From positions 3,352,993 through 3,376,992 of the forward strand of contig OZ252255.1 of the NCBI GenBank assembly GCA_965249875.1: a DNA stretch of 24,000 bases, given 5' to 3'. A program made the translations under genes and the position numbers. Origin of the DNA: Inquilinaceae bacterium. Lineage in GTDB: Bacteria; Pseudomonadota; Alphaproteobacteria; DSM-16000; Inquilinaceae. Shown here piece by piece: positions 13,128 through 21,131 of the stretch (position 1 is the stretch's first letter; the number at the start of each line of letters is the position of its first letter). Below the pieces are notes generated by a model that saw only the letters and a list, made by a program, of their open reading frames with translations, was not told the DNA's origin and searched no databases.

Positions 13128-15140
13128 ATGATGAGCGCCGCTGTTCAAGGTATTTCTAACGCTCATGACCATCCGCAAATCAAGGGGTATCCGCTTCTCG
13201 GCGCCTTACCGGAAATGTGGCGGGACCCGCCTGGGTTTCTGGTTCGCGCGGCTTGCGACGTTGGCGGTGTAACGCGGTTTCGGCTTGGACCAGAGAACGC
13301 CGTCCTGGTTGCCGATCCGAACGGCGTGGAACATGTCCTGCGCGCCAACCAAGCCAACTACACAAAGACAAAAATGGCCGACAAGCTGGCGCCCATCCTG
13401 GGCAACGGTGTTGCCATTGCAAACGGCAATGACTGGGTGCGGTCACGCAAAGCGGTCCAGCGGTCTTTTACCAAAGACCAGGTCGACGGTTGGGTGGGCG
13501 AGATGGATGAAGCCATCGACGCATTCTTTGACCGCGATCTTCAGGCTGGTTCGATCAAGGACGTGAACGGTTTCTCCGGCCGGCTGACCCTGACAGTTCT
13601 GTTCAAAACCGTTTTCGATATTGACGACAGCGAAGCCGTTCACCGGTTCACGGATCGCATCGAAAGGCTGCAGCAGGCGCTGAGCCAGATCATGTGGTCG
13701 GTAAATCCCTGGGCGGCAACTCGGCTGACAAAATGCGGCCGTGAGCTGCATCGTTACTCGGCTGAAGTCCGCCAGATGGTCACGGACTACGCGACAGAGG
13801 CCCTGGAAAATGATCGGGAGGGAACGGTTGCCAGACTGAGCCGATATCTCGGGACGGACATGGACGAACCGGTCGATCTAACAGATCTGGTCGACCAGTT
13901 GATCACCATATTCATCGCCGGTCACGAAACCACCGGCAACACACTTGCTTGGGCAATCAACCTTTTGGCCCGCAACTCCGCACTGCAGCAGACGTTGCGC
14001 GAAGAAGCGCTGATGACCCTGCCGCTGGATCGGCCAGCCACCACCCAGATCGCCCGGCAGCTCAAGCAGACCGAAGCATTCCTGCAGGAAGTCATGCGCC
14101 TTTATCCCAGCGCCTGGTGGTTCGTCCGAACGGCGGTCGAGGATGACGAGGTCTGTGGTGTCCCGATCAAATCAGGTGACGTGGTGATCATCGCCCCCTA
14201 TGCGACCCATCGCCTACCGGACTATTGGCCAAACCCGGACACATTCGATCCCGAGCGTTTTCTAACCGATCGGCCGGCCCATCGGTTTGCCTACATCCCC
14301 TTCGGCGCCGGCCCGCGGACCTGCCCCGGTGGCCACTTCGCCATGGCCGAAATGATGCTGGCCGTCGGCCGAGCCCTGATCCGCAGTGAGTTCTCGGCCG
14401 CATCGACGGACGTCCCGAACTGTCAGGCGCTGGTAACGTTGCGGCCGGCCGAGGGCGAGGCGATCACCGTGCGAGACCATGCCTGCGCCTATTGGATCAA
14501 GCAATGCGACGTGGGTGGACATGCGCTGGTTGAGGCCGCGATGCGCATGCGCAAACGCATCTTCGTCGACGGGCTCGGCTGGCCAGTGGATTTTGACGAT
14601 GATGGCCGCGAACGGGACGAGTTCGATTGCGATGATGCCAACTACCTGGTCGTGATCGAAAAGGGCACGGTCAAGACGTGCGGCCGCGCCCTGCCAGCCT
14701 GCCGGCCAACGCTGCTCTATGACGTCTATGGTCACATCATCGAGGATGACGAGCGGAAAGAACCGAGGCGGACCATGTGGGAAGGCTCCCGCATGGCGAC
14801 CTCGCCCGAACTGAATTCCAAAGACAGCCGGCGCTGGATCTGGGAGTTGGTTTATCAGTCCGCCAGGCAAGCCATCCGCGAGGGTGTGACAGAAATGGTG
14901 GCTGCATCCGATCCGGTGCTCTATCGCGTCCTGCGGCGGGTGGGCGCCAACCCCCAGCCGATGGGCGATGTGGTCGTCGACGAGCATGGCTTCAAAGTGA
15001 TGGCGGTTCGTATCAATGCCGATTTCTCGACGCTGAAGTCGATGCACGACGTGTCCAAGAGCCCGCCGCTGGAAGCCAGGGTGGTGTTTGGCCGGCGCAT
15101 CGATGTCACAACGCCGGCAATCGAAAAGAAGGCTGCTTAG
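13128..15140 (+). CDS. Bifunctional fusion protein: N-terminal cytochrome P450 (to ~14480) fused in frame to a C-terminal LuxI-type acyl-homoserine-lactone synthase (~14484-15140)
   Basis: P450 signatures are AGHETTG (13917-13937), the ExxR EVMR (14088-14099) and the heme loop FGAGPRTCPG (14301-14330). LuxI signatures are RKRIFVDGLGW (14550-14582), ERDEFD (14610-14627), RALPACRPTL (14685-14714) and WEGSR (14778-14792). The start was chosen at ATG 13128, which has the SD AGGGAGA 8 nt upstream. The ORF-track start at 12927 would overlap the luxR start. Confidence 0.9.
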   Translation: MMSAAVQGISNAHDHPQIKGYPLLGALPEMWRDPPGFLVRAACDVGGVTRFRLGPENAVLVADPNGVEHVLRANQANYTKTKMADKLAPILGNGVAIANGNDWVRSRKAVQRSFTKDQVDGWVGEMDEAIDAFFDRDLQAGSIKDVNGFSGRLTLTVLFKTVFDIDDSEAVHRFTDRIERLQQALSQIMWSVNPWAATRLTKCGRELHRYSAEVRQMVTDYATEALENDREGTVARLSRYLGTDMDEPVDLTDLVDQLITIFIAGHETTGNTLAWAINLLARNSALQQTLREEALMTLPLDRPATTQIARQLKQTEAFLQEVMRLYPSAWWFVRTAVEDDEVCGVPIKSGDVVIIAPYATHRLPDYWPNPDTFDPERFLTDRPAHRFAYIPFGAGPRTCPGGHFAMAEMMLAVGRALIRSEFSAASTDVPNCQALVTLRPAEGEAITVRDHACAYWIKQCDVGGHALVEAAMRMRKRIFVDGLGWPVDFDDDGRERDEFDCDDANYLVVIEKGTVKTCGRALPACRPTLLYDVYGHIIEDDERKEPRRTMWEGSRMATSPELNSKDSRRWIWELVYQSARQAIREGVTEMVAASDPVLYRVLRRVGANPQPMGDVVVDEHGFKVMAVRINADFSTLKSMHDVSKSPPLEARVVFGRRIDVTTPAIEKKAA

Positions 15141-15163
15141 CTCCACCCCTATGGCCACTGAGA

Positions 15164-15200
15164 GGCCCGCGCTTCGACACAAGCGCGGGCCTTTGCGATT
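15164..15200 (+). terminator. Rho-independent-type terminator after the P450-luxI gene
   Basis: Perfect 11-bp GC-rich stem GGCCCGCGCTT / AAGCGCGGGCC with a 6-nt loop (cgacac), followed by TTTGCGATT. It starts 24 bp after the stop codon. The T-tract is short. Confidence 0.7.
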
Positions 15201-15310
15201 GTAGGGCCAGGCCCTCTTTCGATCACATGTGCACGAATGTCATCAAGTCATCGGCGCACGCAATGCGATTTCGGTTGGGTTAGCCTGCTCCCATAAAGTT
15301 GGGGGTAAGC

Positions 15311-17953
15311 GTGACCAAAGAAGACTATTTCCACTATGACGCGGCGACCTCGCCGCACGCAATTTTCCCACTAGGCGGCATTGGGGCCGGCGGGATCGGG
15401 ATTGGGGCCGACGGCCGGTTGCAGGATTGGGAAATTTACAATCGGCCGTCAAAGGGCAGCGTCAACGGGTTTTCCCACTTCGCAGTTCGAGCCGAGCGCG
15501 CCGGAGAAGTTCTCGACACCCGTATCCTGAACGGTCCGTTCAACGGCAACCGCAGCGGCGTGCTGCATGGGGCCGATTTCAACACCTTCGGCTTTGGCCC
15601 GCGCCGGCAAGAGCTGACCGGGTTACCACATTTTGCCCATTCCTCGATCACCGGCCCCTACCCCGTGGCCGATCTATCGTTCTCGGATGAGCGGTTTCCC
15701 GGCGCCGTGTCCATGCGGGCGATGAGCCCTTTCATTCCTATGGACGATCGCTCCTCGTCCATGCCGGTCGCCCAGTTCGAGATCGAAATTGCCAATACCG
15801 GACAGGATGATCTGGACTACACGTTTTTCGGATGCATCGGCTTTGAGTTCGAAAATGCCCGTGTCAGCACATCCACCGATCGCGGCTTGGTTCTGACCGG
15901 CGCAACGGTGTGCGAGCCATCGTCCACAAAATATGCCGAAATCTCGCTGGCCACAGACCATCCCGACACCAGCCATCAACGCCATCTCTTCCGCGGCGCT
16001 TGGTTCGACACGATGGAGGTGTATTGGGCCGATATCTCGCGCGGCGGTCGGTTGAGGGATCGGTTTTACGGCGAAACCGATGAGTTCGTCCCCCTTAACA
16101 AAGGCCCGCATGTAGAACACAGCATCGCGGCAGCGCATTTGAAAGTGCCGGCTGGTCAATCGAAAACCGTTCGGTTTGCTATCGGCTGGTACGTGCCCAA
16201 CGTCAAGAAGACATGGGTATCTCACTTCGCGCTGCTGAATGAGAATCCCAGCGTCGATCAGGTTTGGAAGAACTACTACGCCACCCAATGGAAAAGCGCC
16301 TCCCACGTGCTTGAGGAGGTGTTCGACCGTTGGGACGAACTCGCCCAACAGACCCAGTCCTTTCGGGACAGCCTGGCTGCCTCCACTCTGCCTCTGCCGG
16401 TATTGGATGCAGTCTCGGCAAACCTGTCGATCGCCAAGTCGCCTACGGCCTTGCGCCTTGAAGACGGCACCTTCTATGGCTGGGAGGGCTGCCATCCGAC
16501 CGCCGGCTGTTGCGAGGGATCCTGCACCCATGTCTGGAACTATCAGCAGGCTTTACCCTTCCTGTTTCCGGCACTCGAGCGCTCGATGCGGGAAGCGGAC
16601 TATTTCGAAAATCAGATTCCCGAGACCGGTGGCATGGCCTTTCGCATGGCCCTGCCCAAAGGCGTCGGCATCAGTACCGACCGCCCGTGCGCCGATGGCC
16701 AGTTCGGCAATGTTCTAAAGGCATATCGGGACTGGAAGCTGTGCGGAGATACGGATTGGCTGCGCAAGATCTGGCCGAATGTCACGGCGGCGATCGACTA
16801 TGCCTGGGCCGAGGGCAACTATGATCGCTGGGATCCGGATCAGACCGGCGTCCTGACCGGCCGCCAGCACCACACACTGGATATGGAGCTGTTCGGGGCC
16901 AATTCCTGGCTGACCGGCTTTTATTTGGGGGCCTTGCTGGCCGGGGCCGAGATGGCGGACGCGTTAGGTGAGCAGACGCGCGCCGAACGCTACCGGGACA
17001 TATTCAGCCGCGGCAAGAAATGGGTGACCGATAATCTGTTCAACGGCCACTATTTCGTCCAGCAAGTCAGCCTGAACGACAAGTCTCAATTGGACCAGTT
17101 CAATGTGCTTGGCGGTTCAATCAGCTATCTGTCGGGCAACATCTATGAGCAATATTGGAGCGATGAGCACGGCGAACTGAAATACCAGATTGCTGACGGG
17201 TGCGAGATCGATCAAGTGGTCGCCCAATGGCATGCGCACCTGTACGGCCTGGGCGAGATATTCGACCCCAGCCAGTTCGCTTCTGCCGTCAAGTCAATCT
17301 ACGAACACAATTTCAAACCGCGTCTGGGTGACGTACCCAACCCCTGCCGGGTTTTTGGCATGGAAGAGGAAAGCGGAACCCTGATGTGCGCCTGGCCCGA
17401 CGGTAGTTCGCGCCCAGCGATCCCCGTTCCCTATGCCCAGGAAACCATGCACGGCTTCGAATACGCCGCCGGTTGCCAGTTGATGATGATCGGTGAAGTC
17501 GACAAAGGCATCGACGTGTTCGCCGGCGTGCGAGACCGCTATCGCGGCCATAACCGCAATCCCTGGAACGAGATCGAGTGTGGTTCGAACTATGCCCGTT
17601 CGATGTCCAGCTATGCCGCGCTGATCACGCTGTCAGGCCTGCAGTTCGATGGGGTTAAGGGTGAACTGTCCTTCGACCCAACCGTGCACCGCAACGGTGA
17701 ATTCCAGTCTTTCTGGTCCAACGGCAATGCCTGGGGAACCGTCTCGATCGGTGGTGGCAAGGCCGAGCTAACGGTGCTGGCAGGAACACTGTCCATCGCC
17801 AAGCTGGGCCTATGCGGCCAGTCCTACGGCCTGAGTGAGCTCATTCATCTAGACGGAGCCAACGCGAAGGCGGGGCGCGCCGAGTTTTCAGCCGGTTCCA
17901 CCCTTGCCTTTGCCAACCCGGACCTGCGCCTGACCGATGGCCATGCGGTCTAG
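15311..17953 (+). CDS. GH116 family glycoside hydrolase (GBA2 / non-lysosomal glucosylceramidase-like beta-glucosidase)
   Basis: The N-terminal GBA2_N pattern is FPLGGIGAGGIGIGADGRLQDWEIYNRP. The C-terminal (alpha/alpha)6 catalytic domain contains FYGWEGC...THVWNYQQALPFLFPAL and HHTLDMELFGANSWLTGFYLGAL. The preferred start is GTG 15311 (GGGGG 5 nt upstream); TTG 15299 is also possible. Confidence 0.85.
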   Translation: MTKEDYFHYDAATSPHAIFPLGGIGAGGIGIGADGRLQDWEIYNRPSKGSVNGFSHFAVRAERAGEVLDTRILNGPFNGNRSGVLHGADFNTFGFGPRRQELTGLPHFAHSSITGPYPVADLSFSDERFPGAVSMRAMSPFIPMDDRSSSMPVAQFEIEIANTGQDDLDYTFFGCIGFEFENARVSTSTDRGLVLTGATVCEPSSTKYAEISLATDHPDTSHQRHLFRGAWFDTMEVYWADISRGGRLRDRFYGETDEFVPLNKGPHVEHSIAAAHLKVPAGQSKTVRFAIGWYVPNVKKTWVSHFALLNENPSVDQVWKNYYATQWKSASHVLEEVFDRWDELAQQTQSFRDSLAASTLPLPVLDAVSANLSIAKSPTALRLEDGTFYGWEGCHPTAGCCEGSCTHVWNYQQALPFLFPALERSMREADYFENQIPETGGMAFRMALPKGVGISTDRPCADGQFGNVLKAYRDWKLCGDTDWLRKIWPNVTAAIDYAWAEGNYDRWDPDQTGVLTGRQHHTLDMELFGANSWLTGFYLGALLAGAEMADALGEQTRAERYRDIFSRGKKWVTDNLFNGHYFVQQVSLNDKSQLDQFNVLGGSISYLSGNIYEQYWSDEHGELKYQIADGCEIDQVVAQWHAHLYGLGEIFDPSQFASAVKSIYEHNFKPRLGDVPNPCRVFGMEEESGTLMCAWPDGSSRPAIPVPYAQETMHGFEYAAGCQLMMIGEVDKGIDVFAGVRDRYRGHNRNPWNEIECGSNYARSMSSYAALITLSGLQFDGVKGELSFDPTVHRNGEFQSFWSNGNAWGTVSIGGGKAELTVLAGTLSIAKLGLCGQSYGLSELIHLDGANAKAGRAEFSAGSTLAFANPDLRLTDGHAV

Positions 17954-17986
17954 CGCAAAGCCAACAAACCAAAAAAGGAGGAAACA

Positions 17987-19267
17987 ATGAGGAAGACACT
18001 CGCTGCGCTGACCGGTGCAGCCATGATGTTGAGCGGAGCGGCACTGGCCCAGCCGGCCGCAGATACGGAAGCAACGTTGAAGATCGTCCAATGGGTCAAT
18101 GATCAGATCATTGCCAGCACGGACAAGGCGATCGCGCGTTTTGCCGAGAAATATCCGAATGTCACCATTGAAACCCAGTATGTGCCCATCGGCGGCGGCG
18201 CCTGGGGCGAATACAACAACGCCTTCCTCAATCAAATTGCCGCGGGCGACACGCCGGACATCATTGCAGCCGCCATCGAGGGGTTTGCCGAGATGGCGTC
18301 GAAAGGCGTGTTGATCGATCTGGACACCATCACAGCCGGCGACCCGCAGGCTGAAGCGGTATTGTCGGGGATCGATGAAAACCTGCTGAACGGTATGCGC
18401 ACGCGGCCCTCGGGCGAGTTGAACTTTTTCCCGACCGAGTGGAACAACATCGTCATGTTCTACAACAAGGACATGTTCGATGCGGCCGGTGTCGACTATC
18501 CGCACGCCGACTGGACGTGGGACGAGTTTGTCGAAACGGCCAAGGCGCTGACGATCAGGGACGACAGCGGAAATCCGACCCAGTTCGGCTATGTGCTGCC
18601 CGGCTTCAATTTCGGCATGCAGCCCTGGTTCTTCACGAACAATGCCGCGATCCTGGATGAAGAATGGCGCGAACCCACCGTTACGACGGCAGAGTATCGC
18701 GAGACGCTGGCGTTCCTGCACAGCCTGATCCACGAGCACAAAGTGTCACCCGCTTATGAAGGCGGCGTGGGCACCGAGAAATTTGCCGCCGGACAGGTCG
18801 CCATGTTCGCGGCCGGCCACTGGCCCATCCCAGAAATCATCGAAGGCGGGCTGGAGAATGTCGGCGTGCAACACATGCCGCAAAACAAGCGCAAAGCAAC
18901 CGTCTTCGGCATCGGCGGCTTGGCGATCACCAAAGACTCGCCGAACAAGGAACTGGCCTGGGAGTTCGTCAAGGAAATGACGGGCGATGAATATCAGCAG
19001 GAACTGGCGGATTCGAAACGGTCGATCCCATCGGCCCGCAAGCAGGCGACCGCGCCGGACTATGTTGCCTGGCCGGATAATTCGGAAATCTTCTACGAAA
19101 CGGCGGCGACGGCAATACCGGTCCCCTCCCCGCCAAATTTCGCCCAGGTTCAGGAGATTTTCGAGCGGCACATGGGCGCGTTCCTGAACGACGACCAGGA
19201 TCTCGATACGACGATTTCTGAAATGGATCGGGAGCTGAAACGCTCCATGTCTAGGGCCTATCGATAG
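17987..19267 (+). CDS. Sugar ABC transporter substrate-binding protein (CUT1 / SBP family 1)
   Basis: Strong SD AAGGAGG before the ATG. The Sec signal peptide is MRKTLAALTGAAMMLSGAALAQP. Length and composition are typical of MalE-like SBPs (WNNIVMFYNKDMF, FAAGQVAMFAAGHW). Confidence 0.9.
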   Translation: MRKTLAALTGAAMMLSGAALAQPAADTEATLKIVQWVNDQIIASTDKAIARFAEKYPNVTIETQYVPIGGGAWGEYNNAFLNQIAAGDTPDIIAAAIEGFAEMASKGVLIDLDTITAGDPQAEAVLSGIDENLLNGMRTRPSGELNFFPTEWNNIVMFYNKDMFDAAGVDYPHADWTWDEFVETAKALTIRDDSGNPTQFGYVLPGFNFGMQPWFFTNNAAILDEEWREPTVTTAEYRETLAFLHSLIHEHKVSPAYEGGVGTEKFAAGQVAMFAAGHWPIPEIIEGGLENVGVQHMPQNKRKATVFGIGGLAITKDSPNKELAWEFVKEMTGDEYQQELADSKRSIPSARKQATAPDYVAWPDNSEIFYETAATAIPVPSPPNFAQVQEIFERHMGAFLNDDQDLDTTISEMDRELKRSMSRAYR

Positions 19268-19278
19268 GCTACCATGCA

Positions 19279-19305
19279 CCCGGCGCCGCCCTCCCCGGCG
19301 CCGGG
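19279..19305 (+). promoter_or_regulatory. Intercistronic GC-rich stem-loop between the SBP and permease genes
   Basis: Perfect 9-bp stem CCCGGCGCC / GGCGCCGGG with a 9-nt loop, 12 nt after the SBP stop. The downstream T run is weak (acatgTTTGT). Its position fits a partial terminator or mRNA stabiliser of the kind often seen after SBP genes. Confidence 0.4.
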
Positions 19306-19326
19306 ACATGTTTGTAGGGCAAGGAC

Positions 19327-20214
19327 GTGACGACACTTCGGGGCAGAGAGGCACGGGCAGGATATCTGTTCCTGCTGCCGGCCTATGTTTTGTACCTGCT
19401 GTTTCTGGCCATCCCACTGATTGCTGCTTTGGGATTGTCCTTCTTCGAGATCGACCGGCTGCAGTTTGAGCTGTTCTTTGTCGGGTTCGAGAACTTTGTC
19501 TGGATCTTTACCGATCCGCGATTTTGGAAGACGTTCGAGAACACGTTCTTCTTCATCTCAATGTCGGTGATCGGCAATGTCGGCACCGGGCTAGTGCTGG
19601 CCATCGCGCTCGACCGGGCCATTCCAGCCCCGATCCTCTACGTCCTCAGGTTGGCTTACTTCTTGCCCGTTCTGGTCTCGCTGGCCTTTGTCTCCTTCAT
19701 TTGGAAGTTTCTGTATTCCACCGATTTGGGCGCCATCAACTACTATGTCCGGCTGCTTGGTTTCCCAAATATCGGATGGCTGACCGACGGCGATGTGGCG
19801 ATGTATTCGGTCATCATCATCGATGTCTGGAAGAATGTCGGATTCTTCGTGATCATCTTCCTGGCGGCCCTGCAAGGGGTTCCTAAATCGCTGCTAGAAG
19901 CGGCGGCCATCGATGGAGCCAGTTCCTGGGCGGTGATCACCCGGATCAAGATTCCCTACATCGCCCCGGTCGTCATTTTTTGCATCACGTTCGCGACGAT
20001 TGGCGGGCTGCAGGTCTTCGATTCGATCCGGATCTTGACGGAAGGCGGCCCGGGCGACGCGACGCGGTCGGTGGTCATGTACATGGTCTCCGAAGCGTTC
20101 AGTGCCGGTCAGCTGGGCACAGGCGCCGCATCCGCGCTGAGCCTGCTGATTGTCATCTCAATCGTGGTCGCCCTACAGCTGTTGGTCTCTCGCCTGTTCC
20201 TGGGGAGGTCATAA
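19327..20214 (+). CDS. Carbohydrate ABC transporter permease (MalF/UgpA-like)
   Basis: 295 aa with six predicted hydrophobic segments. The EAA-loop region is LLEAAAIDGASSWAVITRIKIPY. GTG start with the SD AAGGA. Confidence 0.9.
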   Translation: MTTLRGREARAGYLFLLPAYVLYLLFLAIPLIAALGLSFFEIDRLQFELFFVGFENFVWIFTDPRFWKTFENTFFFISMSVIGNVGTGLVLAIALDRAIPAPILYVLRLAYFLPVLVSLAFVSFIWKFLYSTDLGAINYYVRLLGFPNIGWLTDGDVAMYSVIIIDVWKNVGFFVIIFLAALQGVPKSLLEAAAIDGASSWAVITRIKIPYIAPVVIFCITFATIGGLQVFDSIRILTEGGPGDATRSVVMYMVSEAFSAGQLGTGAASALSLLIVISIVVALQLLVSRLFLGRS

Positions 20215-20218
20215 AGAT

Positions 20219-21106
20219 ATGACTGTCGCCCGACTTTCTGCCGACGCAACGCTGTCTCAGCGTGTCCTCTCGGCCCTTCAGATCGTTCATTGGCGCAACA
20301 CAATCGTGCTGATCCTGTTGCTGATCGGAGCCTTCTTTATGCTGTTGCCGTTCTTTTGGATGTTCGCCACCAGCATGCGGCCGGCGGGAGAAGCCTTTCG
20401 TTTGCCTCCCAGCTTCTTCCCCACGCAATTCAATATCGATTCCTACTACGAGCTGTTCAGCGGGCCGATCCCATTCCTGCAGATGTATTGGAACAGTTTC
20501 GTCGTCGCGGCGGTGACGACCGTTGGGGTGATCCTGACCAGCGCCATGGCGGCGTTCGCGTTTTCCCGGACCCGGTTTCCCGGCAGCAACCTGCTGTTCA
20601 GCTTCATGCTGATGGGCCTGATGGTTCCCCCTGCCCTGATCCTGATCCCGTTGTTTTTCGGCATGGCGGCAGTGGACCTGCTGGACAGCCGCTGGTCGCT
20701 GATCCTGCCCGGCTTGGCCAACCCGCTGGCGGTGCTGATGATGCGTGAGTTCATGCGCAACCAGCCGCGCGAATATGAGGAAAGCGCTTTCGTCGACGGG
20801 GCCAGCTATTGGACGATTTTCTGGCGTATCTCGCTGCCGCAGATGGGACCGCCGATCGCGGCCCTGAGCATTATCGTCTTCACCACAAGCTGGAACAATT
20901 TCCTGCTGCCGCTGGTTTTCGTCCGCTCGTTCGAGGTGATGACCTTGCCTGTCGGCATGCTGTCGCTGTTCGGCAGTTTCGGGGCCTCGTCACTGTCCGT
21001 GATCATGGCGGCTGTAACCATGGCCGTCTTGCCCTTGCTGATCGTCTTTCTGGTGGCGCAGCAGTTCATCGTCGAAAGCATCGCCAGCACGGGCGTGAAA
21101 AAATGA
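20219..21106 (+). CDS. Carbohydrate ABC transporter permease (MalG/UgpE-like)
   Basis: The EAA-loop region is YEESAFVDGASYWTIFWRISLPQ. The ATG at 20219 is preceded by GGGGAGG and lies 4 nt after the upstream stop. The ORF-track start at 20150 overlaps the previous gene and is less likely. Confidence 0.9.
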   Translation: MTVARLSADATLSQRVLSALQIVHWRNTIVLILLLIGAFFMLLPFFWMFATSMRPAGEAFRLPPSFFPTQFNIDSYYELFSGPIPFLQMYWNSFVVAAVTTVGVILTSAMAAFAFSRTRFPGSNLLFSFMLMGLMVPPALILIPLFFGMAAVDLLDSRWSLILPGLANPLAVLMMREFMRNQPREYEESAFVDGASYWTIFWRISLPQMGPPIAALSIIVFTTSWNNFLLPLVFVRSFEVMTLPVGMLSLFGSFGASSLSVIMAAVTMAVLPLLIVFLVAQQFIVESIASTGVKK

Positions 21107-21131
21107 CCAAAGAAAAACCGATGACAACACC

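Noticed and set aside
14479-14481. An ATG lies exactly at the P450/LuxI junction and might start an independent luxI.
   Set aside because: It is in the +1 frame relative to the LuxI domain. Translating from it gives an unrelated peptide that terminates after about 60 codons.
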